DNA of 56,968 nucleotides, filler included, from Sphacelaria rigidula (taxonomy: Eukaryota): the NCBI GenBank assembly GCA_964200075.2. It is 8 parts of 8 records of this genome, joined end to end, with 100 filler letters (N's around TTAATTAATTAA, not from the genome) between each part and the next. Parts side by side here need not be neighbours in the genome. Positions count along the whole stretch, not along the records: positions 1 to 7,034 come from CAXNAA020016839.1; positions 7,135 to 14,168 come from CAXNAA020016840.1; 6 more parts are not named here. One strand, 5' to 3'. Each line of letters opens with the position of its first letter. Position 1 is the first letter of the stretch. The notes beneath the pieces were generated by a model, which saw nothing but the letters and a program-made list of their open reading frames with translations, did not search any database and was not told where the DNA came from. The translations under genes and the position numbers were made by a program. Below are positions 1 through 12,457 of this stretch, piece after piece.

Positions 1-1237
1 TTCGCCTCGCTGTGATTGGATAGGTCGCTCGAAGACTTATTATTTTTTTATTCCACTAACACAGGGTCAACCCTGTCTTAGTGGGGGTCCGATCCCAGAA
101 GGGTTAATGGGCCAAAGGGGCGAAATACGGCTATTTGGGGGCCGACTGTTTGGTTCAAGCACCCGCTGAAAAAAAAACACGTTTTTTACTGAAAAAACAG
201 TCAAGAATACAACAACAAAACGACGATCAAATCGGACACGGTTAAGAGGTCGCACACAAACTTAGGCTGCCAGACTTGTGGGACAGAGGACGTATACGGA
301 GATAAAACGACTGCACAACCATCAGATGGCACTTTCAACTTTGTGCAGACAGCACGTCGTTCCCATCCTTTTTTTCTACAGACCGGAACACAGCAGCAGT
401 GAGGCAGCTCAGGCAATTGTCCAGCGCAGATCAAAACGTGTTGCGTAGGGTTCAAACGCACCACAGAACAGCGACAACTGCAGCATAGCAATGATAGGTC
501 GAGTGTGGGCACAAAGCGCCGTGTTCATTTCACCGACGTTACAACAGCCAACGACACACCATGACGTTTCCGACAGTGTGTATGTAGACAGTGCTGTGTG
601 CCGCCTATGACTTTTGTACCGACCGGGGCACAGCAGTACAGGAGTTCATGCAGTCCTCAGCGTAGATCAAAACGTCTTGGCAGGGCTCAAACCCACCACA
701 CTACAGTGTCAGCTACAGCACAGGAATAATGGGTCTTGGTACGAAGCGCCTTGTTTGAAGCGAATGACACAATATCCGACAAAACACACCACGGCATTTT
801 CAAATTTGACGAGATGACACTGCGTGTCGACTGCAATTCTTCTATACGGAGCGGAATATAACAGTACAGCAGCCAGGGTAATCCCACCGGAGACCGAACC
901 GTTTTCGCGAAGGTCTAAAACACATTACCGTACAATGACAGCTGCAACACAAGAGAGAGGGCGTGAGTGTGTTTGTGCTGCGGTACTGTCAACCATGACG
1001 TGTCCCATAATTTACTTCTTAGTCTAATTTTGAACGGGTCATCAATTTTGGCCGGGCGTTCAAAAATCGGGGGACGATTTTGAGCGCCCAGCTACAACTG
1101 AGGACCCATTCATTATTTGAGGGGTCACTTTTTCTCAGAATCATCACGATTTTGTTCCAGAAGAGTCTTCTTCTGCTGCTCAAAACTTTCAAGATGTTGA
1201 CTTTGAACGGGTCCCGTAAGAGCTGGTCTAAAGCACA

Positions 1238-1540
1238 CGTGCATGTTTTCCACCTGCTATTCATACGGCATGTATCAAGCGTGCATGTTTCTCAGCTGTC
1301 CGTCGTGCGGCATGAATAAAGCTTGCATGTTTCCCGCTTTTCAGTCATACGGCATGGAATCATACGTACAGATTTCCCGCCTACTATTCGTACGGCATGA
1401 ATCATACGTGCATGATTCTCACCCATCATTCATGCGGCAGGAATCATGCGTACATACTTCCAACTCGCGATTCGTCTGGGATAAATCAAGTTGACATTAT
1501 TGCCCACCCGTGATTCGTACAAGAAATGTGATTCGTACAT
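1238..1540. repeat. Degenerate ~40-bp tandem repeat
   Basis: About 7 units like CGTGCATGTTTYCC.CC.GCTATTCRTACGGCATGAATCA. Confidence 0.7.
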
Positions 1541-1942
1541 GCATTGGTCAGGGTCTGCAGTGAATGACGTCCGGCCGTTCATCGTTTCCGTTGTTCAAAA
1601 CAGGCAATCGTGATCGTGCTCGGGCGTTGCACCAGTCTTTACAGCAACTGGGTAATGGTGGCGAATGCATCATCGCGTGGTATTTGGTCCACATAATTCC
1701 CGTTACTTTCTAGTGTCAGAATCGCCGGTTCTCTAGCTGCAGCCGGTCATGGAACGGTGCTACAGTCAGCGTTGCGCGAAGTCGTCGAGATCTGCGGCCC
1801 TCCGAATGCACTTATTCTATCTTCTCCTCCAACTGTGTTGTAACAACTGCGCGAACTGACGCTGGGATATGACGGACACTTTTTTTTTTGTCTTCACTCG
1901 CAAGCTACTTCAAACAACGGCACAAACGAAGGCGAGACTCAC

Positions 1943-4900
1943 CGCCCAGCCATCATCTTTGATCACTTGCGCAGCGAGATCTCGATAGCTTGCTCCCGCG
2001 TCGGACGATCCCGCATTGGACTGCTTGGTGGTCTTCAGTACGCGAATCCAATTCGTGCACAAGTCCGCCGTGATAGAGGCCGCCAATCCTATCCCCGCAT
2101 TTCGAACCAATCTTGCCGACATCGCGGGCGGGACCCGTATTCGTGCGTTCAAGTTGTTGAACACCAAAAACCAGGGGAAGTAACCTGTGGCAGTTGCCGC
2201 TGATGCGGCCACAGCCCCCTGGTAGAGACAAAATACGTTGCCTCTCCGAACCTTGTGGCAGTGTTGTCAACCGCCACAGGAAAGATAACCGGTGGCCGTA
2301 ATGATGATATTGATGACGATGATCACGGCGGCGACGACGAGACAGCAACGAGGGGTTCACAGGTAGACAAGGACGCGTTTTCGGTGACGTCCACGACGGT
2401 GATCATGAAGTCGCCACAGGTACGCGGTCACAGCAGGAGGGGGTGCACAGGGGAACAGGGTGCACAAAGTATTGCATTTCTTTTGGTAAAAAGACAACCT
2501 GTCACGAGTTGTTATAGTGCTCAGCTGCGATTGGAGGAGGCGTCCCTTCAAGGTGAAAGCAGTACAATTTTTAAGTCAAACGCCTCGTGTGCGTGATGTA
2601 CGGGGGGGAGGTGGGTCCTTTTCGAGACGGAGCACCGCCCCTGCTCTTCATACGAGCTTGGCCAGCTGACAGTGATTTTTGAACGAAGAGTAGAGATGCC
2701 ATTGGTAATTCAAAGATTTTTGCGCTGAAATTTTGACACATTTTTATCATCAAACCGCGCAACCCTTTTGAGGGTGCAGAGGGGGAAAAAAAAAAAAGTT
2801 AGAGCGACTTCAAGTTTTAGCAAAAACAGGAAAAACGATATAACTTCCTTAAAAATTGATGAAAACGACGACAACGCTCCAACACATACGGGCACTCGCG
2901 TCAAAGACATTGTGGTGAAGTTTCGGTCAGAAATACCTCAAATTGGGCGCGGCATCGCACTTTTCGTGTGACACGGCCGCGCCCCTTAAATTCATGTGAT
3001 ACAGGAGACTCCAAACATGGACGTCATGAGTTCGAATCCCGATAGATTCTTTTTTTTTTCGTCCGTCGTTAAGATCATATATTATGCAGTACATTTTTCT
3101 TTCATTTTTTTTCTTCCGTCAGCGGGGCCGTGTGTTAGCAGGCTGATCTGCACTTCACAGCGGTACGCTCAAGTCGCGCTGATTTAGAAAACTTAAGAAG
3201 TTGTGGTGTGGAAGGCGAATTCGGGTTTTACTGCTGGCCCAGCTCGAAGAGACATCTCCAAAATTTCGGGGCTCATCACATTTCTTCCATATATTACACA
3301 AAAATATTTTACACATCTTCTCCCCGTCCTGTTTCGACGTCTGCGGTTACCATTTATCTCCTCGTTCAGCCATCGTCATTTCGCTACCGTTAGCCATTCT
3401 AATCGAGGCCAAAACATATAGATAATTTTTTCAAAAAGTGTGTAAAATCTTCCTGTTGGAAAATCGAACAAGTCAATGAGACGGGAATGATCCGCCCAGT
3501 CGATCGGCAAAGAAGCGAGTGGGCTGCCCGGTCGGTCAGGAAAAGAAGCGCAGAAGGCCATCTGCACCCATGACACGCAGACCTCCCTGCTTCACTGCAT
3601 CACCTGTATGGTCTTCTCATCATTCATTTTCACGTCAAAGCTGTGACAATGCAACACAGATGACCCACCCTGAGGGTGCCCGTCTGTATAGGTCGAGACA
3701 AAGCCGATCGAAAACGCACAGTACATTACAGCATTTACAGTGGTTTATATTACAGTACAGTGTTGTCTTCTCTCTCCTACCCGTTGCGTTCCTTCCGTTC
3801 GTTTATGGGTATCACCAAGGATCACATTAGACGAAACCCTTCGACACCGTCATCCCTTCCTACCTCCAGTTGAAAAAAAGAGTCCGTGATGTGCGGTGGG
3901 CACTCATTTTTTTAGTAAATAGTACGCCCATGAAACACAACCGATCCATCATGAGGTGGCTGCCGTCTGTGTAAATAGACAAAGCCGAAGTGCACCGTAC
4001 TGCACAGTACAATCAGTACAGTACAGCGCAGTACAGAGCAATGTTATCTTCTCTGTGCCCCCCGCCGCATTCCTCCCCTCTTCTCCGGGTATCGTCGAGT
4101 ATCGAATTACTCCTTTGGAGAGCGTCACCTCTTCCCGCCTGCTCTAAACGTGACGCTTGATCGCCAGGGTGGTATCTTGTGTTCACTTTTCAAGTAAAAA
4201 TCTCTGGAGACGGTCGCCTCTGCTTACGATAGCCTGCTCTAAAGTTGAACTCTCCGACCTTCGATTGGGTCATCCGGTTTTTGCATGCATTTGTCAAGTG
4301 AAAATCATGCCGATACAACATATGATCGAACCTGGGGTGAGTGGAGGGTGAGTGACACTTGCCCGTGTGTTCCCGACGTACAAGCTCAAGTCGCAGCGGA
4401 CCAAAGCTGTAGAGGCGGTACGGCGAACATGGCGGTACCAGTACAATCAACACCACAGACGAAGAGGATAGCATAGTTCAGTCACCATGATGTTGTCTAT
4501 TCCAGTACACGCCATGTTCTTTACCTTGGGTTTCCTGTGCGGCTGTGTACACCAGCGGCGGCGCTTTCCTCAACAGAAAATGTCTGAGTGTATCATATTT
4601 GCACATGCGCACGCACCGAACTCAAGTTACTCCGCAACCGATTCAGACCTGCTCCACGACGTTTCCCCTCGAGCGCCTTCTGGCTGTGATTATTTTTCAC
4701 TTGCATTTATTGGGGACGGCGCGTTGCTGAGGACACTCCATCAAGGGATAGATTTTGCCCGCACGGCTCTCTACGGTTACGGGTGCGATTCGAGTGCGGA
4801 TTCTTGCGTTGGGTGCTTCAAACCCCACTGCATCATACCGCATTAGCCATTACAGGACACGTCCCGCGGTCAGATCGATGAAGGCGAAAATGTATATATT

Positions 4901-6791
4901 TTTCAGGTTTAGAGCGTGCTCCTTTGAAGCACAAGGATAAGACCACAGCTATGGGGTGGGTGTGGATGGTCAGGAACAGGATGAAGGGTGTGAACAGGGA
5001 GGGTGTTGCCAGGGCGCGCGACCAACCCGTCAAGAGATTGAACAATAAAAGCAAGTGTATTTGGGCGGAGAATCCCAGGACAAAAAAGGAGAAGGGGAAT
5101 TTTCGTCTGTGGTCGTCATGATTTCCTCTGACAGCCCATTCACTTTTTGCCCCGATTAGCATGTCCAACTGTCTAATGCATCCAACGATTTCATTCCACC
5201 TTCGTTTACTTCCCATATTTCCCCCTCTAGCACGTCCCATTTCTCGTTGTATAGTTCACATTCCCCAACTATGTGAGTTTCACTCTCTATTGCTTCGCTA
5301 CAGGAGCAATTTTGTGCATCCACTTCCCCCTCCACTCGACTACTGGTGTAGTTCTTTGGTATTTCTGGTAGGCCTAGGTCTCCCCCCCGAAATCGCCGTG
5401 TAAGTTTTTTCGCCGAGTTCATTGGGTCATGCAGATATGTTGACATCCATATACCCTCTCTCAACCCGCCGTATATCTTCAGATGCTCCCGTTTCAGGGC
5501 TGATTTTCCCTTACTTCCATAATGTCTCTTACTTTCGTCTTGTGCTCCCCGCATTTACCTATGAACAGTATCTCGTCTTGGTTTCCTCCTATGCCCTTCC
5601 ATACTTTTTCGACTACGCTATCCCACCTTATTCCAGTCTGCCCTTTCGCAATTTTCTTCCATTCAGCCCCATCAACTACTGTATGGCTGATGGGTGGGCG
5701 TGGAGGGGAGTGGAGGGGAGGGAAAGGAAGGGGGGGTACGACCGTACTTCAGTGGTACATTCTTGAGGGGTCCGCCCGTTACCAAAAGATGGACATACCC
5801 AAGTAAACAAAGACAAAACACTACGAGCTGGGCCAGCTGACAGTGATTTTTGAATGAAGAATGGAGATGCGATTGGTGATTCGAAGAGTTAGGCGCTGAA
5901 ATTTTGACACGACATTTTTACCATCAACCCGCGGAACCCTCTGGGAGGAGGTGCGAAGGATAAAAAAAAACGGAAGTTGGAGCGAGTTCAAGTTTCAGCA
6001 AGCAGTAATAATGCTATAACTTCGTGAAAAGTTGATAAAAACGGCTGAAGGTCGCGGTGGGTTGTGGACAGTCGCGTCAAGGATATCCTGGTGAAGTTTC
6101 GGCCGAAAATGCCTCAACTTGGGCTTCGCGTCGCACTTTTCGTGTGACACGGCTGCCCCCCGCTGGTCAAACTGATACAACAGCCTCGAATTACGTAGTG
6201 CCGCCGCGGGATTGATGGAGAGTAGCGATGGCGCATGTGCCAAAACGGTAGGGGAAACAAGCTCGTGGGACACGAGATAGGGCGTGGCGCATTGATTCGA
6301 GCCTCTTGCGTCGCACACGTGGTATCGTGACACATTTTGCCGGTGATTATCAAGTGAATGAGTACCTGAAACAACATTCCCCAAGACACAACCAGAATTG
6401 CCGCGCTGTTGGCTTGCGCGAGCATTTCGATTCGTCTCACCTTTTTCATTAGCAAGGCGAAGCCGGTGGATCCTTCCACCTGCAGGACCGTTTTACACGT
6501 GTCCAGCGGCGTAAGCACTACTCTCCAGATCCCTGCAAATAAGCTCCCAATCCACGTGGTGAACGTCGCGGACGCACCTCCAGGCAAAGCGGCCGCTACA
6601 ACCAAGGCCCCTTCGTTTGCGGCGGCCATGCCGAACCTAGAAAGCGGAGTAGAAACAATGGCAAAGCCTACTCCTTTGTAAAACCGTGATATTCCCCCCT
6701 GGCGATATAGCTCCCTAGCCGCCGAAGCCATGGAGGTTCCGTATCGAGACTGGTAATTCATGACTGTCCTTAGCCACATCAGCGTTACCAC
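1943..6791 (-). CDS. Mitochondrial carrier (SLC25) family protein, partial; exons 6791-6441 and 2251-1943
   Basis: Spliced translation VVTLMWLRTVMNYQSRYG...LTPLDTCKTVLQVEG...KK|VRRGNVFCLYQGAVAA...TNWIRVLKTTKQ...VIKDDGWA contains the Px[DE]xx[KR] carrier signature (PLDTCK). Junctions cag|GTG, AAG|gtgaga, aag|GTT and GCG|gtgagt are all phase 0. First and last exons were not found in this contig. Confidence 0.9.
2651..3247. mobile_element. TA-flanked MITE family with TIR CGAGCTGGGCCAGC (related pieces at 5822-6160, ~14400, 28537-29279, ~52070)
   Basis: TACGAGCT(T/G)GGCCAGCTGACAGTGATTTTTGAA...GCGCTGAAATTTTGACAC is shared between copies. Opposite end GCTGGCCCAGCTCG. Confidence 0.6.
5130..5685 (-). 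mobile_element. LINE fragment (same family), in mitochondrial carrier intron
   Basis: EHLKIYGGLREGI...RFRGGDLGLPE...NCSCSEAIESETHIVGECELY, homologous to the 40.5-41.3 kb copy. A shorter degraded piece lies at ~3255-3420. Confidence 0.8.
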
Positions 6792-7034
6792 CTGAGTCGT
6801 CCGACGGCAAGGGCGAGTGTAAAAAAAGCAGCCCCATGGAGCCGTTCACCCGGGGGGTGACGATCTAGCGTGTCCAGTGTATGTAGTCAGAAATACCGGA
6901 GTCTTTCTGGACACTCGTTTGTACAACGTGGGCAGAAAGTGAGACAATTCGCAGTATTCCCGTGACTTGTCAAGGGGGTGTACTCATGGTCATGCATGCC
7001 ATAGTCATAAGACCATTGACCTCGCATCCCTACA

Positions 7035-7134
7035 NNNNNNNNNNNNNNNNNNNNNNNNNNNNNNNNNNNNNNNNNNNNTTAATTAATTAANNNNNNNNNN
7101 NNNNNNNNNNNNNNNNNNNNNNNNNNNNNNNNNN
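7035..7134. other. Artificial 100-nt contig spacer (also 14169-14268, 21303-21402, 28437-28536, 35570-35669, 42703-42802, 49836-49935)
   Basis: N-run + TTAATTAATTAA (stops in all six frames) + N-run, identical in all seven positions. Confidence 0.98.
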
Positions 7135-7209
7135 TGATAATCCGCACCGTAGAGCGGATTGCCCTCCGTACACATCCCTGGAAATTCCTCGGAAGCATAT
7201 TTTTTAAAC

Positions 7210-7432
7210 TAACGCTAACGCTAACCCTAACCCCAACCCAAGGCATACCGAGAATCCTCGGGCGAGGAGGGTGCTAAGCGTTCCCTAGGCAAAAGTGTGG
7301 CGTTGGCAGATCTCAAATCGGCGCCGCCGATTTTTACGGAAACGCGTTCTGCGCACGCTAGGGGCAGTTTCAGCTGTCAGCCCCACTAAAGATCCGAATA
7401 TCGGTGTTTGCACTAAAATCAAGTAATAACGT
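7210..7432 (+). repeat. Interspersed repeat carrying TAACCC-like repeats; inverted homolog at 46318-46545
   Basis: AACGCTAACCCTAACCCCAACCCAAGGCATAC.GAGAA.CCTCG...CTCAAATCGG...AAATCAAGTAA matches the reverse complement of 46318-46545. Confidence 0.6.
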
Positions 7433-8274
7433 TCCGGGAAGGTTATATTCGACCACGTGGTAAACACTACTGGTTTCCAGACAGCGATCTGAGAAGAGCC
7501 GTCAGTTCTCAGTGAGATCAAACTGTGTGGGAATTGACGTTGCATCACACACTCCTCGCACACCCCACCTGCAATGGTACAGTCAGTGCTCCATGACGCA
7601 CTCCTCGCATTCGATTGTAGTACAGTCAGTGCAAAAGTAGCTGTGCATGTTGCATGTACAGTACCGTGGCAACAGCATAGCTGCTGCAGCACTCCGTGCA
7701 TGCTCTTCATGACCGTAGGACCAGGCACAGACAGTACAGACAGTACAGTGCTTTTTCGCCGGCAGCGCTACTACTATAAAATAGCACAGTGTCGCCACTC
7801 GAGGCTGCATTGACTGCTTGTATCGTTTCATACTCGTCGTGCCCGCCACCGACTGCAAAGTCTGTAGTATTCTGTGTACTGAGACGATGGCAACCGCAAA
7901 CTGACTGTCACGTGAGCTTGTTGTGTGCGGTATGGCACAAACCGTACTGCTGCACACTGCACCGCTTGCGACACTACTGTGTGTGTGTGTTGCCATCCCA
8001 TCTATCCTGTACCTGGATGGGATTATGTGTTAGTTTACCGCAGGTGGCACAAGCACAAAATGCAAATGATGACCTCTACCACCGTCTGCACGAAGGCTTC
8101 ATGATGGCCTTGGGTGTACAAATCCCCAGGATTTTTTCATAGACTATGAGGTGGGGTTTGAAAAATTGACTTCTTGAAAAACGTCACTGAGAAAAGTATT
8201 CCGCCCGATTTTTTTCAGTGAATTTTTGTAGTCTATGAGAAGCGGCCTAAAAATATAGGGTGAGGGACTTTTTC

Positions 8275-10444
8275 CAAGGCTCTGCGCGTTCACGTTCTCG
8301 TTCACGTTACGTTCATCACGTCCGTAAAATTTAGCGTTCACATCACGTTTCGTCAGGCACGTTAAAATAATCTAACGTGACGTGAACTTTTCATTTGAAA
8401 GATTACGGTCACCTTACGTTACGTTTACCACGCTGAAAAACATTCATGTTACGTTTCGTTTCATGTAAGGTAGTGTGAAACATTTCAATGTCACATGTAA
8501 CGTCTATTATAACGTTTCATTGACACGGGTAACGTTTGAATGTAACCTTTCATTCTGTGCATGTCGCGGCTCATTTACCAGGGTTTGATGCGTTGTAAGG
8601 TGTCATGTAACGCGTGACGTTACCGTGTACGTGAGGCTGACGGTGACCCGTGGTAGATGTGAGCGCAGGCGCATTATTTGATCGTGAAACGATGCTTTCT
8701 TCACCGTGTATCGTTCATTCGTTTATGGCCGTTGTATTTTTCATGGCTCTGCACGTTACACGTTCACGTTCACGTTACGTCTATTCAAACTCACTCGTGT
8801 TTATTGAAGTACAATCCTCTAGGATTTAAAATTTCATTGCAAATCTGAAGTGTACACCGCTTCATGTAACGTGTTTAATACGTTTCATGTAACTTGTAAC
8901 GTCTAATGCACGTGTAACATCTATTTGATAATACACGTGCGACGCCTGATACACGTGAGACGCCTAGAACACGTGTAATGTGTAATAGACGTTACACGTT
9001 CCATGAAACGTTTCAAGGGTAGGTCGAGTAGAGTATACTCAATACTCAGTATTTTTGTAGAATCATAATTTTAGTACTCGAAATTTGAGTAGAGTAATTG
9101 AGACCATGCTCAACCTACTTGAAGTTTGAGTAGAGTATTGAGGTCATACTCGAGTGATACTCTATACTCAAGTATCACTGAGAGTGCTTACTCAAAAATT
9201 GAGTAGACTATTTGAGACCATACTCAATCTACTCAAAATTTGAGTAGAGTATTGAGGTCATACTCAAGTGATAATCAATACTCAAGTATCACTGAGAGTG
9301 CTCACTCAATATTCGAGTAAAGTATTTGAGGTCGTACTCGACCTACTCAAAAATTTAGTAGAGTATTTGAGGCCGTACTCAACGTACTCAAAATTTGAGT
9401 AGAGTATTGGAGGCCGTACTCGACCTACTCCAAATTTGAGTAGAGTATCGGAGGCCATACTCGACCTACTCGAAATTTGAGTGAAGTATCTGAGGCCGGA
9501 TCCGATGTACCGAAAACCTATAACTTCAACTTCAATATTCAAGTTCGCACGCAAGATACTCAAACTCGGGTAGAGGAAATACCGAGGTATTCCTAGAGTT
9601 GCCCACCCATGATGAGTATTGATTCAAGGTCAAACTGTACTGTTTCGTCAAACCGTGGTCAGTAGAGTCGCTCGTTTTGATAATACCTACTCGACTACTC
9701 GATTACTCGATTACTCGATTACTCAATGAAGATGAGTAGCGCTCTGTACTGAAAGTGATATCGAAGGCGTTAAGAGGTATCGAGTATTAACTGCCATGGG
9801 TGGGGGCTGGTGAGATGGGGCGCTGGGGCAAGTAGGTTCGTTCACCTGCACGTTTCTTGGTTTTTTCATGGCCATCATTCGCTCGTACTCCTTGTTGGCT
9901 GTGATGTAATGCCGCCCATCGAATTGATGGCCATCGTTCGCCCATGCATTCAATATAGTCTGTGAGCTGATGTCACGAAGTCGCCGACTGTCAGGGGTAC
10001 TCACCATATCCAAGGAGTACTCTATACTCAAGTATTACTGAGAGTGCTTACTCAAAATTTGAGTAGAGTGTTTGAGGTCATACTCAACCTACTCAAAATT
10101 TGAGAAGAGTATTTGAGGACATACTCGACCTACTCAGACATCGAGTAGAGTAAATACTTGAGTATTTTACTCGAGTACTCAAAAGTACATACTCTACACG
10201 ACCTACCCTTGAAACGTTTCATATTACGTGTTTGCAACGTATGGAAAATTTTAACGTGTACGTTACGTTTCGTTCGGCACGTTACAAAATTGGCGTTACG
10301 TTAATGTTCCGTTTGAAAATTCTATGGTTACGTTACATCATGTTCACCACGTGAAAAAAATTCAACGTTCACGCTATGTTTCGGCCAAAAGGTGACGCGA
10401 ACGTAATGTGTAACGCTGTGGCACGTGTAACGTGCAGAGCCTTG
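8275..10444. mobile_element. Non-autonomous hAT-type element rich in ACGT subrepeats
   Basis: TIRs CAAGGCTCTGCGCGTT / AACGTGCAGAGCCTTG. 8-bp TSD ACTTTTTC / ATTTTTTC (1 mismatch). Confidence 0.75.
9014..10211. mobile_element. Non-autonomous hAT-type element nested in the previous one, with ~39-bp TACTC/GAGTA subrepeats
   Basis: TIRs CAAGGGTAGGTCG / CGACCTACCCTTG. Perfect 8-bp TSD AAACGTTT (9006-9013 and 10212-10219). Confidence 0.85.
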
Positions 10445-10502
10445 ATTTTTTCAGTCTTTTTCCAGAGAATATTGTTTTCAAACCCCGCCTTAGACCACTT
10501 CA

Positions 10503-10957
10503 GGTCGCTTCTCACAATGGGAAAACGGGCTCTCTGAAAATTGCCATTCTTGAGCTTTTCATCGCGGATTTTTGGTGGAATACGGGCCTTGGTGGATTGG
10601 GCCTCCTCTGGAAGATTTGCTGTAGTTTCCAAGAGGATCTAGCTCACTTTTCCGACCTTTCGTGCGCCCAGTTTTACTTTTGGGCGGATTCCCGGTTTTC
10701 TCAGTCGCCCCTAAAATCTTTGAGTCGGGGAAAGCTCAAAGATTTTAGGGGCGACGGAGAAAACCGGGAATCCGGCCAACAGTAAAACTGGGCGCACGAA
10801 ATATCAAGAATGTGCGCTAGAATCCTCTTGGATTGCATAGCAAATATTTCAGAGGAGGCCCAACCCACCAAGGCCCGTATTCCGCCAAAACTCCGCGATG
10901 AAAGGCTAAAAAAGGACAGTTTTCAGAGAGCCCGTTCTCTGACTATATGAAGCGGCC
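10503..10957. mobile_element. Foldback MITE (~455-bp hairpin), Harbinger/Tourist-like
   Basis: Arms complementary along their full length around the loop at ~10728. Termini GGTCGCTTC / GAAGCGGCC. 3-bp TSD TCA. Confidence 0.8.
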
Positions 10958-11110
10958 TCATATGTGTCAAGAAAAAATCGTGTTCAAAACTGCCTTTTTG
11001 GCCCTTCTCCGTCGTTTTACCCCCGAAAAGAGGGCTGGGCAGAAAATAAAAGTTTTTGAAAAGTGCAACTTTGGCCTTGCTCCTTCGTTTTTCGCCCGAA
11101 AAGAGGGCTA

Positions 11111-11409
11111 GGCGGACGTTGACATGTTAGAATGACTTGCTCTACTCGTTGAGACGGTTCTAGGGCACCTTTGCGTTTCGTCAGTGGTCGCAGTTCCGTT
11201 TTTGGTCAAACTTGCATTTTCATTATCAAACGGTCAACTTATGGAAACGAGAGCATAATTGCCCGTTTTTTGTATAACTGACCGTTCGTGATTGCAAAAT
11301 TATGTTTGGCCCAAAACAAAATTGCGGCCACCGGAAAACGCATAGGCACAGGTGCCCTGAAACGGTGTCAACGAGTAGAGCAAGTCATTCCAAGGTGTCA
11401 ACATCCGCC
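11111..11409. mobile_element. Foldback MITE
   Basis: Long imperfect TIRs GGCGGACGTTGACA...GAATGACTTGCTCTACTCGTTGA / TCAACGAGTAGAGCAAGTCATTC...TGTCAACATCCGCC. TA on both flanks. Confidence 0.75.
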
Positions 11410-11519
11410 TACTCGTAGGGGCGATCTGAGGCTTCCGGCGGCCAAGGGGTTGAACTCGGCATTCACAAAGTATCGCCCTTTGATCGCACCGCTAGCACCT
11501 CAACTCAGCAGCCCCTGCA

Positions 11520-12056
11520 CTACTCGTTGCGGTGCACACGGTGAAGTGTTCGCCGATTTTCCGAGAGAGACGACGGCGTGATGACGGGGCGCGAGCGCCT
11601 GTTGGCATTCGATATAACCTCATGTTCTCTCGCTTTACTTTCATAGCGCAACATAATCATAGAGTTGTGTTCAGAGCTCTTGATAACAGGCGGCACAGTT
11701 ATACTGTTCTGGTGCCTCTCTTCAACAGCTCTCGCGACGACTACGGCGGGTGCGGGTGGCAGCATGACCAGAACCTTACAGCTCAACTCCGGCTGGCCGT
11801 GATGATACATTCTCAGGAACGCCACCGCGCTGCGGGGGTCAAGTTGGTAGATCAGCATTAGCTTCAGATAATTTTGTGCTTCAATTCCGACGGGTAGGGT
11901 CTTCGTTCGCTGGTTTCCGTCGGCCAAAATCACGACGACTAGAGTTGGAAAAGACGATGGGACGTCGATGAAAGTCGACGGGCTGCGCGTGTGCTGTTCC
12001 AGTGCCGAATGGCGACGTGCAAGGCAAGAACCGGGGAGGCGGATGGCTTGATCCAT
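11520..12056 (-). CDS. Intronless 178-aa ORF of unknown function (possibly a relic)
   Basis: ATG-initiated open frame in non-repetitive sequence. No recognisable motif. Confidence 0.2.
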   Translation of the reverse strand: MDQAIRLPGSCLARRHSALEQHTRSPSTFIDVPSSFPTLVVVILADGNQRTKTLPVGIEAQNYLKLMLIYQLDPRSAVAFLRMYHHGQPELSCKVLVMLPPAPAVVVARAVEERHQNSITVPPVIKSSEHNSMIMLRYESKAREHEVISNANRRSRPVITPSSLSENRRTLHRVHRNE

Positions 12057-12457
12057 TGAGACTGCTACGAACTTGCCCCTAGATAAGGGTAAAATGAATA
12101 ATCAGCGTGGTATTGTAAAGCAAACAAAACTTTTGGCGTCGGCGATGGGGGTGACCTACGGTTGAAAAGTCAGTGTTGGTTGCAGTTATTTCTATATATA
12201 TATTTTTTCAGTCCTGCAAGATATTTTCAAAACAAGCTGATCACAATTCGGAACGGTTGAATTCGTCAGGGAGGTTCACATGCGCATGTACTTTATTTAT
12301 GCGTCAGTTGGTGAAGGCATACAGAACAAACGACGTTTCTGGACACTGCTGCACAATTTTCAAATCTTCCGCAGGCCCAGGTCGTTGACATGGTACCTAC
12401 TACCATCATTACTGCCATAGAGCGCGACCTGGAGTCGATGACTCATCATTTTCCCCT

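Larger units (their letters stand above)
8150..10489. mobile_element. Small MITE (Tourist/Harbinger-like) hosting the two hAT insertions
   Basis: TIRs GGTGGGGTTTGAAAA / TTTTCAAACCCCGCC, with flanks TGA/TTA. Confidence 0.55.

Noticed and set aside
7079-7090. Regularly spaced TTAATTAATTAA motif
   Set aside because: It is an assembly linker embedded in Ns, not biological.
7210-7240. Telomere near contig start
   Set aside because: Only a few degenerate units, part of an interspersed repeat also found at 46.3-46.5 kb.
9060-9500. CRISPR-like array of ~39-bp repeats (also 1238-1540 and 28125-28365)
   Set aside because: Units are degenerate and contiguous with no unique spacers or cas genes. The context is eukaryotic and the array lies within transposon TIRs.
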